From a virus (lineage: Duplodnaviria > Heunggongvirae > Uroviricota > Caudoviricetes): 17,831 bases of DNA. Shown here piece by piece: positions 9,796-17,162 of this stretch (positions are counted from its first letter, which is position 1; every line of letters begins with the position of its first letter). The stretch lies in IMG/VR virus record IMGVR_UViG_2695420624_000004; one strand, 5' to 3'. The notes below the pieces were generated by a model. It worked only from the letters and a program-made list of their open reading frames with translations. It was not told the origin of the DNA and ran no database searches. The position numbers were made by a program, and so were the translations under genes.

Positions 9796-9989
9796 GCTTC
9801 ACCTCCGCAGAGATCAAACGCTGGATGCAAAATATCGCAGGTGCATTTCTGCATCTGTGAATGGAGAAGAGAGGTTGGATTGTATGTGCGCATAAACGTC
9901 CCCGTTTAGCGCAGAAGTCACCGGAGTTGTTCAGGCCCCAATGGCATGATTATGGCTGGTTGATTATTGGAAATCAAATGTGCTGAAAA

Positions 9990-10499
9990 TTAGTCTGCCA
10001 AGTCTTCCTCAGTCGCAACTGGGTAATTCCAAATATCAAAAAAAGCTATAGCCTCCTGCCATTTGCTCCATAAGTTATCAAGTACTTGTGTAGGTTCCGT
10101 ACTTTTAAAAACAGAATCAGCCGCATCACCGTTATGAACTTCCTCGTACAGTTCCATTATTAGCAGATTAACAAAGTACTGTTTCAACATTAATGCCTGA
10201 TTACCTTCTTTCTGCTGGCTATCCTGCTTGATGATCTCCATCGCCCGTACTAGGCACCTGATGATATCCGCTGCATCATTAACGCTCCATTCAGATCCGC
10301 GCTTATCTTTAGCTGATGAATTGGCTCTCTCAGCGCAAGCCTTTAAAGACTCATAAAGGTAAACTCTATTTTGTAGCTGCAGCGCTTTTTTTGACGTGTA
10401 CCAACTTGCAAGCGCCGACCCCGCTGCGGCTAATGTGCCAAACGCAGAAATACCTGCTGCTATTGCACTTAAGTCGGCACTGTCAAAGTTCCACATCAT
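9990..10499 (-). CDS. Hypothetical 169-aa protein with one N-terminal hydrophobic helix (membrane-anchored); stand-alone moron
   Basis: ATGATG start preceded by AAGGTG at 5-nt spacing. Upstream AT-rich region has -35/-10-like elements. Residues 10-33 (LSAIAAGISAFGTLAAAGSALASW) are hydrophobic; the rest is charged and helical-looking. No family recognised. Confidence 0.6.
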   Translation of the reverse strand: MMWNFDSADLSAIAAGISAFGTLAAAGSALASWYTSKKALQLQNRVYLYESLKACAERANSSAKDKRGSEWSVNDAADIIRCLVRAMEIIKQDSQQKEGNQALMLKQYFVNLLIMELYEEVHNGDAADSVFKSTEPTQVLDNLWSKWQEAIAFFDIWNYPVATEEDLAD

Positions 10500-10675
10500 C
10501 GTTACACCTTATATAAATACCCCTCAGTAATATCCAATAAGGTATGTGCACAATCAATATAATTTTATCCGTATCGGCACATAGCGATTTGAACGCTACT
10601 GGTAATGGTATATTTTAGATTATATCGTCCAGTTTACAGCACCCGTATTTTATGAAATGGACTCGCATATTACCC

Positions 10676-10714
10676 AAAAAATGCCAGCACTTCCGTCATC
10701 GTAGAATGCTGGCA
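10676..10714 (-). terminator. Rho-independent terminator between orf99 and orf169
   Basis: Perfect 8-bp inverted repeat TGCCAGCA/TGCTGGCA with a 17-nt loop, followed on the minus strand by a T6 run. Confidence 0.5.
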
Positions 10715-10757
10715 GTATTTCTAACTAGTGACTTTATTGGAACAGATTCTGACGGAA

Positions 10758-11057
10758 TTATGGTAACACTCGACTCCACTTATCATCCAGCCACGGCTGG
10801 AATTTTACATGTGCCGTTTCTCTGGCGAGGATTGCTCGCGCTCTGTTGAGTATCTGGGGATATTCTTGCTCGATAGAAGTAAAGCGGCCGGCTTCGCGGT
10901 GCTCCGCAACCTGAAGTAGTGGAGTAACGTTCTGGCAGGCAGTTAACATCACATCACCTGCTCGCCATAACCAAGCACGTGCACAAAGTTTGTTATCAGT
11001 GAATTGTTTTGTGATTGGGTATTGTTGAACTGCTAGAACGAGAACGCCAGCATCCAT
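10758..11057 (-). CDS. Hypothetical 99-aa protein (nin-region cargo)
   Basis: ATG-initiated ORF with AGGGA upstream, co-directional with ybcK and the orf169 moron. No family recognised. Confidence 0.45.
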   Translation of the reverse strand: MDAGVLVLAVQQYPITKQFTDNKLCARAWLWRAGDVMLTACQNVTPLLQVAEHREAGRFTSIEQEYPQILNRARAILARETAHVKFQPWLDDKWSRVLP

Positions 11058-11168
11058 TGGCAGTCCCTATAGTAAAACCATAGCTCAGGACGCTTCGTTC
11101 AGGATAGATAATTTTATTGTACTTACCTAACTTTCTTACTATAGCACGGTTGAAAAAGTGATTATTAC

Positions 11169-12695
11169 TCAAAAATAAACCTCACCATCAACCATATATT
11201 TGAGAGTACTTATCGCCTGCTGGGCGGATATTGTTTTCATTAAAGGATAGTGTTTAAAAACAATGCCATTCATAAAATAGATATCACAGGTTTTATTATC
11301 TGTATTGATTATGATTTTTTCGAATGTTTTATAGGCAAGTGTACGACATAGCTCTCGCCCATTTTTACTGGTTAAGTCAATAGCATGAAAATCACCAAGT
11401 GAACTCACCGCTTTACTCTTCAAAGTTTTTAATGATACAGAAGCCCTTCGTAATTCCTTATCTAATACTCTGATTTTTTCTGCTATAGCGGTAACTTCAG
11501 GCGCAACAGATAATGCAGCAATTAAATTATTAATTTTCATCTGGAGCTCAATAATTTTCAACTCTAAAGTTTCATTAGCATCTTTCTTGTTTTCAACTGG
11601 TTGGATTTTACTACAATTAAAAAGCAACTCATTAATGATATTATAATCAACCAAATCTCTCTTTATTGATGGCCTGTCACATCGATGCAGTCTTCTCATC
11701 GGACAAACATAATAGCCATGCAAACTTCCAGATACCGCATGAACAATCATGGTATTACCACAAGCCTCGCACTTCATAACTGTTCGAAGTAGATTTATCA
11801 ACATAGGATTTTTGCTACTATTGCTAATACCAAAAGGTGCCAACCGAATTTCCTGCACAGCGTAAAACAAATCATCTGATATGACTCTGGGATAATAGCC
11901 AGCGATTTCACTTATTCCTTTACCTCTTGCACGATATGAAGGTACGCATATACCTATCAGAGCTTTATTCGCTAATAATTTTTCAATTACAGAAGGTCCC
12001 CATGCACTTTCTTTTCCTGAGAAATTCTTTACAGCATGATCATTTAAATACTTGGCTATTGCATTCAATGAGCGCCTTTCCATCCTGAGTTTAAAAATTA
12101 GCTCAATAGTTTTCACCCTGTCGGGGTCTGGAACAAAAGCCGTTCTTTTGTCATCCAATGAGAGCCATCTCGGACAAGACGCCGTCATAATCGTGCCTGA
12201 CTCCAGTGCATCCTGCCGTTTTTTCTTCCATGATAATTTAACCCGACTTGACTTTATCTCGCTTTCTTCATTTGCCCTTTGTGCTATAAGTATGGCTTTT
12301 ATTAATGAATATGGCTCATTCAATGAGTCAATATTATAGACTGTATTATCGCAAAGAGTTATAACATCAATACCGTGATTCAAAATCAATTTCAGACGCT
12401 CAATCGCCTCACCGACTTTTTCTCTTGAAAGTCTGTCCAGACTTTCAACTAACAATGTAGTCCCTGGCAATATATAACCATGTTCTATAGCATCTAAAAA
12501 TTCCGAAAAAGCTCCTGATTGTGCATGCTTTCCATTGAATGCGCTTAACCCCAAATCTTCATACGTTACGGTATCAAGGTAATAATCACTATTTACCTTT
12601 AGCCATTCAGTAATAAGCCTTCTCTGGCGGTTTAATGAATCACCAGACATCTGACTTGGTGATGAAAATCGCATATATGCTATGGCTTTTTTCAT
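11169..12695 (-). CDS. ybcK: Large serine recombinase (YbcK-like)
   Basis: 508 aa. N-terminal resolvase-type catalytic domain (AIAYMRFSSPSQ with the presumed serine nucleophile), recombinase domain and a Cys-rich zinc-ribbon region (CEACG...CPMRRLHRC). Length and position next to emrE match DLP12 ybcK. Confidence 0.8.
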   Translation of the reverse strand: MKKAIAYMRFSSPSQMSGDSLNRQRRLITEWLKVNSDYYLDTVTYEDLGLSAFNGKHAQSGAFSEFLDAIEHGYILPGTTLLVESLDRLSREKVGEAIERLKLILNHGIDVITLCDNTVYNIDSLNEPYSLIKAILIAQRANEESEIKSSRVKLSWKKKRQDALESGTIMTASCPRWLSLDDKRTAFVPDPDRVKTIELIFKLRMERRSLNAIAKYLNDHAVKNFSGKESAWGPSVIEKLLANKALIGICVPSYRARGKGISEIAGYYPRVISDDLFYAVQEIRLAPFGISNSSKNPMLINLLRTVMKCEACGNTMIVHAVSGSLHGYYVCPMRRLHRCDRPSIKRDLVDYNIINELLFNCSKIQPVENKKDANETLELKIIELQMKINNLIAALSVAPEVTAIAEKIRVLDKELRRASVSLKTLKSKAVSSLGDFHAIDLTSKNGRELCRTLAYKTFEKIIINTDNKTCDIYFMNGIVFKHYPLMKTISAQQAISTLKYMVDGEVYF

Positions 12696-12880
12696 GGTGA
12701 CACCTGCTAAAGTATGCTTTTATAAACCTTAGTGGTGAGATATGATTTTTGTTTAATTTTTATTTAAAAAGACAATTAAGGTCACATTATCTTGAATATA
12801 CAACAATAATCGTATTGCAATTTTCTTACACCATAATCTTGAAAGCACAAAAGAATGAATAAAAACTAAAGACATTAACA

Positions 12881-12919
12881 AAAAGCATAAAACGAGGCCC
12901 ATATAAATATACGAGCCTC
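12881..12919 (-). terminator. Possible emrE terminator (weak hairpin plus T-rich tract)
   Basis: GAGGC/GCCTC 5-bp stem with a long AT-rich loop, followed on the minus strand by GTTTTATGCTTTTTG, about 30 nt after the emrE stop. Confidence 0.3.
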
Positions 12920-12950
12920 CATATTTTAGTCGTTTAAAAACAAATTATTT

Positions 12951-13283
12951 TTAATGTGGTGTGCTTCGTGACAATAAATTAATAACCAACACACCGGCAC
13001 AAATCAACATCATGCCTATAATGGCTGGCAGGTCCAACCGTTGGCCGAAAAATCCCCATGATAGTAAGCTAATCAGGACAATACCGACTCCTGACCAGAT
13101 AGCATAAGCAATCCCTGTAGGAATATAAGCCAGCGTCTGAGCTAATAACCAGAATGATGCACAATAACAAATAATTGTACCAACAGATGGCCATAACCGT
13201 GTAAAACCTTCTGAAAACTTCATTAAGGTTGTACCAATGACCTCTGCAAGTATTGCACCACCAAGATAAATATAAGGATTCAT
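12951..13283 (-). CDS. emrE: SMR-family multidrug efflux protein EmrE (110 aa)
   Basis: MNPYIYLGGAILAEVIGTTLMKFSEGF...LLSRSTPH is essentially the EmrE sequence. The ORF track's 128-aa version starts 18 codons upstream; the true start is the ATG at 13283. Confidence 0.9.
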   Translation of the reverse strand: MNPYIYLGGAILAEVIGTTLMKFSEGFTRLWPSVGTIICYCASFWLLAQTLAYIPTGIAYAIWSGVGIVLISLLSWGFFGQRLDLPAIIGMMLICAGVLVINLLSRSTPH

Positions 13284-13350
13284 AGCATATTCTTTCCTGT
13301 TCAAACTGGAGAGAATTGTACTACAGTTTGAACTCAACTCACCTGTTTCA

Positions 13351-13653
13351 TCATTGTGTACCCATTGATGTTCTTTTATATACCCTCAATACCCGTTTCA
13401 TCGCGGCACTCTGGCGACACTCCTTAAAAATCAAATTCGTGCTCACCTTTCCTTCCCATTCTTCTCTGGTAGCGAACCGATAATACACCGTTCGCCAGAC
13501 CTTACCATCAACGACTAGGATTCCTGCCCGCGCCATTTTAGCCGCAGCCTGATTTATGCTGGTTACCGTTGCGCCTGTTACCGCGGCAACGTCCTGCGCA
13601 CAGAATTTCTTATGAGTCCCCAGGTAATGAATAATTGACTCTTTGCCCGTCAT
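13351..13653 (-). CDS. ren: Ren-like protein
   Basis: MTGKESIIHYLGTH...AAKMARAGILVVDGKVWRTVYYRFATREE is near-identical to lambda Ren. Start overlaps the P stop (ATGA). Confidence 0.85.
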   Translation of the reverse strand: MTGKESIIHYLGTHKKFCAQDVAAVTGATVTSINQAAAKMARAGILVVDGKVWRTVYYRFATREEWEGKVSTNLIFKECRQSAAMKRVLRVYKRTSMGTQ

Positions 13654-14351
13654 ACCCTTGCTCCTTTCAGCCCAAACTTAGCTTTGATTTCTGCGATCTT
13701 CGCCAGAGCCTGTGCACGATTTAGAGGTCTACCGCCCATGACAGGAAGTTGTTTTACTGGTTCAGGTATAGCCTCACCACGGTTAATTCGTGCGGTCATA
13801 CAGGACAGTTCATCGGCAGCCTTGCGCCGTAATTCCGCGTCAGTCAACGCATTGGCCCGCATGTTCTGATACAGGTTGGTAACCAGCCAGTAGTGCGCGT
13901 TTGATTTCCACGGATAAGACTCTGCATCCGGATACAGCCCGCGCTTCCGGCAATACTCGTAAACCATATCAACCAGCTCGCTGGCGTTTGGCAGCCCGGC
14001 GGTAACGGATGCTTCTTCCCGGCACCAGGCGACAAACTGCCCGGGTGATGGCAGGAATGGTCGATTCTGCCGACGGGCTACGCGCATTCCAGCGTTAACC
14101 TGTTCCATTGTGGTGATCCCGTTTTCCCGAAAAGCCAGCACCCACTGGCGGCGGATTTCGTTCAGTTCATTCTGGTCACGGTTAGCCAGGCTCGCCGGGA
14201 AAGTTGCCAGTAACTGGCTGAACACACCGTTGATGATCTGCGCTACCTGCTGTACCTGTGGCTTTTCGTCGTACTGTTCCGGCATGTTGTTGGCGATCCG
14301 ACGCATCTGCTCACGGTCAAAGTTAACCATCTGTGCGGCGATGTTTTTCAT
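13650..14351 (-). CDS. P: Replication protein P (lambda P-like, full length, 233 aa)
   Basis: MKNIAAQMVNFDREQMRRIANNMPEQYDEKPQVQQ... near-identical to lambda P over the full length. Confidence 0.9.
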   Translation of the reverse strand: MKNIAAQMVNFDREQMRRIANNMPEQYDEKPQVQQVAQIINGVFSQLLATFPASLANRDQNELNEIRRQWVLAFRENGITTMEQVNAGMRVARRQNRPFLPSPGQFVAWCREEASVTAGLPNASELVDMVYEYCRKRGLYPDAESYPWKSNAHYWLVTNLYQNMRANALTDAELRRKAADELSCMTARINRGEAIPEPVKQLPVMGGRPLNRAQALAKIAEIKAKFGLKGARV

Positions 14352-14584
14352 AGATCCACCCCGTAAATCCAGTCAGTGTTTGTCAGGTCGAGTTTTGGTT
14401 TGCCGACTGTCACGCCAGCCTGTTGCTTGTTCCGGTTGATTTCGAGCTGGGTCCACTTGTCGCGGAGTTTGGCCGGACTCAGCACGTTACCGGACCAGAA
14501 GTTGTCCTGGCAGGCCCAGCGGAACAGTACACACATGTCGCGGTGGTTACGTCCATCACGTTCACGCATCAGACGGATATCGTT
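14348..14584 (-). pseudogene. O: Replication protein O, C-terminal ~78 codons only
   Basis: ...[59 protein letters not shown]...[13 protein letters not shown] matches the lambda O C-terminus. The first 16 codons of the ORF-track call are antisense to exo and not O. Confidence 0.8.
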
Positions 14585-15238
14585 ACCGGGATCGACGTGA
14601 GAGCTGTCGAACAGGGGGATGATGCGTGGCACAAATTACGGCTCGGCGTCATCACCGCTTCAGAAGTTCACAACGTGATAGCAAAGCCCCGCTCAGGAAA
14701 GAAGTGGCCTGACATGAAAATGTCCTACTTCCACACCCTGCTTGCCGAGGTTTGCACCGGTGTGGCTCCGGAAGTTAACGCTAAAGCACTGGCCTGGGGA
14801 AAACAGTACGAGAACGACGCCAGAACCCTGTTTGAGTTCACTTCCGGCGTAAATGTTATTGAATCCCCGATCATCTATCGCGACGAAAGTATGCGCACCG
14901 CCTGCTCTCCCGATGGTTTATGCAGTGACGGCAATGGCCTTGAACTGAAATGCCCGTTTACCTCCCGGGATTTCATGAAGTTCCGGCTCGGTGGTTTCGA
15001 GGCCATAAAGTCGGCTTACATGGCCCAGGTGCAGTACAGCATGTGGGTGACGCGAAAAGATGCCTGGTACTTTGCCAACTATGACCCGCGTATGAAGCGT
15101 GAAGGCCTGCATTATGTCGTGGTTGAGCGGGATGAAAAGTACATGGCGAATTTTGACGAGATGGTGCCGGAGTTCATCGAAAAAATGGACGAGGCACTGG
15201 CTGAAATTGGTTTTGTATTTGGGGAGCAATGGCGATGA
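14585..15238 (+). pseudogene. exo: Lambda exonuclease (Exo/Red-alpha) lacking its first ~9 codons; joined head-to-head to O'
   Basis: From [41 protein letters not shown] to the C-terminal FVFGEQWR this is near-identical to lambda Exo. The N-terminal 54 codons of the ORF-track call are antisense to O. No ATG start at the joint. Confidence 0.8.
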
Positions 15239-15393
15239 CGCATCCTCACGATAATATCCGGGTAGGCGCGATCACTTTCGTCTACTCCATTACAAAGCGA
15301 GGCTGGGTATTTCCCGGCCTTTCTGTTATCAGAAATCCACTGAAAGCACAGCGGCTGGCTGAGAAGATAAATAACAAACAGGAGGATATATGA
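15235..15393 (+). CDS. Small 52-aa ORF, lambda orf60a-like, coupled to exo
   Basis: [55 protein letters not shown] overlaps the exo stop (ATGA) and its stop overlaps the next ATG (ATATGA). Not in the ORF track because it is under 60 aa. Resemblance to lambda orf60a is from memory. Confidence 0.5.
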   Translation: MTHPHDNIRVGAITFVYSITKRGWVFPGLSVIRNPLKAQRLAEKINNKQEDI

Positions 15394-16454
15394 GTCAGGT
15401 TGGTAATCATTCATTCGAATTTCCGGCATCGCAAGGTGTACAGGGTGGTACTGTTACACTCTTCCTTACCATACCAGGAAGATCGCTGGCTCGTTTCCTC
15501 GCTTCAGATAATTACGGCCATACACTGGAACGCTCTCAGCGAGAAATTAATCCAAATCGAGTACGAAAATTTTTAAATTATCTCACTAACGCAGACTCAA
15601 GAAATGAGCCTTTTATCATTCCCCCTCTCGTAGGTAACTGTGATTCGAATATAGAATTTGTACCGTTTGGCAACACAAATGTTGGTATAGCCAGAATTCC
15701 CCTCGACGCCGAAATAAAACTTTTTGATGGTCAACATCGTGCAGCTGGCATTGAGATATTTTGCCGAAGTTCCCCATCAACGCTCATGGTTCCCATGATG
15801 CTTACAATGAATCTGCCGCTAAAAACCCGGCAGCAGTTCTTTTCGGACATAAATAACAACGTTTCTAAGCCATCAGCGACCATCAATATGGCGTATAACG
15901 GCCGGGATGATATTGCTCAGGGAATGATATCCTTCCTGACCCAACATACTGTATTTGCCGATATAACCGATTTTGAACACAACGTAGTGCCATTAAAAAG
16001 TAATATGTGGGTGAGTTTCAAGGCACTCACTGATGCAACGTCAAAGTTCGCTAGGAACGGCAATCAACAACTTGAAATGGGATATATAGAATCTGTCTGG
16101 GAGGCATGGATTACACTAACTCAGATTGACTCAATCCGACATGGTGTACACCACGCTACGTACAAGCGCGATTATATTCAGTTCCATGGAGTAATGATTA
16201 ACGCTTTCGGTTTTGCGGTTCAACAGATGATGGTTAATCATTCCATCGCAGAAATAACTTCTATGATCGAAAAACTATGTGCAACTACCAGCTCTGCAGA
16301 AAGAGAGGATTTTTTTCTGATGGATAACTGGGCGGGGATCTGCACGAAAGCCAGCCAGGAAAAACTATCTGTTATTGCCAATGTGGCAGCGCAGAAAGCA
16401 GCAGCAAACAGACTGATACAAGCTTTTACCAAAGGAAGTCTGGAAACAACTTAA
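15390..16454 (+). CDS. DGQHR-domain (DndB-like, ParB/Srx-type) protein, 354 aa
   Basis: Literal motif FDGQHRAAGIE at about residues 113-123, in the position expected for DndB/DGQHR proteins. Translationally coupled to the upstream small ORF and followed by a terminator. Confidence 0.7.
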   Translation: MSQVGNHSFEFPASQGVQGGTVTLFLTIPGRSLARFLASDNYGHTLERSQREINPNRVRKFLNYLTNADSRNEPFIIPPLVGNCDSNIEFVPFGNTNVGIARIPLDAEIKLFDGQHRAAGIEIFCRSSPSTLMVPMMLTMNLPLKTRQQFFSDINNNVSKPSATINMAYNGRDDIAQGMISFLTQHTVFADITDFEHNVVPLKSNMWVSFKALTDATSKFARNGNQQLEMGYIESVWEAWITLTQIDSIRHGVHHATYKRDYIQFHGVMINAFGFAVQQMMVNHSIAEITSMIEKLCATTSSAEREDFFLMDNWAGICTKASQEKLSVIANVAAQKAAANRLIQAFTKGSLETT

Positions 16455-16521
16455 TGAATCAACATTGTCTCATATCAGCATGCTGTACGGCGTCTTTAAG
16501 GAACGGTGAGCATGAAAAACA

Positions 16522-16542
16522 AAATCATCATGGAGCTACAGG
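16522..16542 (+). terminator. Rho-independent terminator downstream of the DGQHR gene
   Basis: GGAGC-TACAG-GCTCC hairpin immediately followed by TTTTTTATT. Confidence 0.5.
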
Positions 16543-16607
16543 CTCCTTTTTTATTATTCGCATTCACCCTCAAGCGTATTAACCAACAATTCAGGGATTA
16601 ATGAAAG

Positions 16608-16826
16608 ATGGCAGACATCATTGATTCAGCATCAGAAATTGAAGAATTACAGCGCAACACAGCAATAAAAATGCGCCGCCTGAACCACCAGGCTATATCT
16701 GCCACTCATTGTTGTGAGTGTGGCGATCCGATAGATGAACGAAGACGCCTGGCCGTTCAGGGTTGTCGGACTTGTGCAAGTTGCCAGGAGGAGATCGAAC
16801 TTAAGAACAAACAATGGGGACTGTGA
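16608..16826 (+). CDS. TraR/DksA-family C4 zinc-finger protein (lambda Orf73-like)
   Basis: 72 aa with a CxxC...CxxC arrangement (HCCECGDP...GCRTCASC) typical of TraR/DksA C4 fingers, in the exo-xis accessory region where lambda encodes its TraR-like protein. Confidence 0.7.
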   Translation: MADIIDSASEIEELQRNTAIKMRRLNHQAISATHCCECGDPIDERRRLAVQGCRTCASCQEEIELKNKQWGL

Positions 16827-16873
16827 TGGCTTCAAAGCAGCAAATTTCAACATCGTCCAACTGAGGTGTAAAA

Positions 16874-17113
16874 ATGTTCAGAATCATTTTTCCTAACACC
16901 TGGTACGTCGACCACCACGGCACTCCCTGCAAAATCCTGCGTTCTACCCACAACAAAGTTCACTACATCCGAAAAGGCAGAACATGTATCGCCAGCATGT
17001 TCCGCTTTAATCATGACTTTGAACCTGTGAATAAAGCTGATGCAGATCGGATAGCAGAAGAGATCGAAACGGCAGAACACATTAAGAAGTTACGTGCCAT
17101 ACGCAGGAAATAG
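16874..17113 (+). CDS. Hypothetical 79-aa protein (exo-xis accessory region)
   Basis: ATG preceded by GAGGTG at good spacing. Basic C-terminus. Co-directional with the TraR-like gene. No family recognised. Confidence 0.5.
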   Translation: MFRIIFPNTWYVDHHGTPCKILRSTHNKVHYIRKGRTCIASMFRFNHDFEPVNKADADRIAEEIETAEHIKKLRAIRRK

Positions 17114-17162
17114 AAAAATTGATAAATTCAATACTGCATTACTCAGCATTAAATTTATCTCT

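Noticed and set aside
9114-9909. Short overlapping ORFs on both strands around the ninB/stf junction (9114-9320, 9221-9412, 9283-9465, 9345-9608, 9507-9779, 9640-9909)
   Set aside because: The region is a deletion scar with several open frames. Only the NinB-like frame and the upstream tail-fibre frame show protein-like sequence; the rest are overlapping alternative frames.
11058-11085. CTATAGGGA, a partial T7-promoter-like string upstream of orf99
   Set aside because: Only about 9 nt match the 23-nt T7 promoter consensus, and there is no T7-like context. Most likely chance.
13284-13337. 18-codon N-terminal extension of emrE in the ORF track (MSSNCSTILSSLNRKEYA)
   Set aside because: EmrE is 110 aa starting MNPYIYLGG, and a ribosome-binding site sits in front of that ATG. 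The extension is just upstream open frame.
14423-14584. N-terminal 54 codons of the ORF-track call 14423-15238 ([16 protein letters not shown]...)
   Set aside because: This stretch is antisense to the O gene remnant and starts with TTG. Exo homology begins only at 14585.
16511-16600. 29-codon ORF (MKNKIIMELQAPFLLFAFTLKRINQQFRD) spanning the terminator hairpin after the DGQHR gene
   Set aside because: It contains the hairpin and T-tract, has no convincing ribosome-binding site and is very short. More likely terminator sequence than a gene, though a small hydrophobic peptide cannot be excluded.
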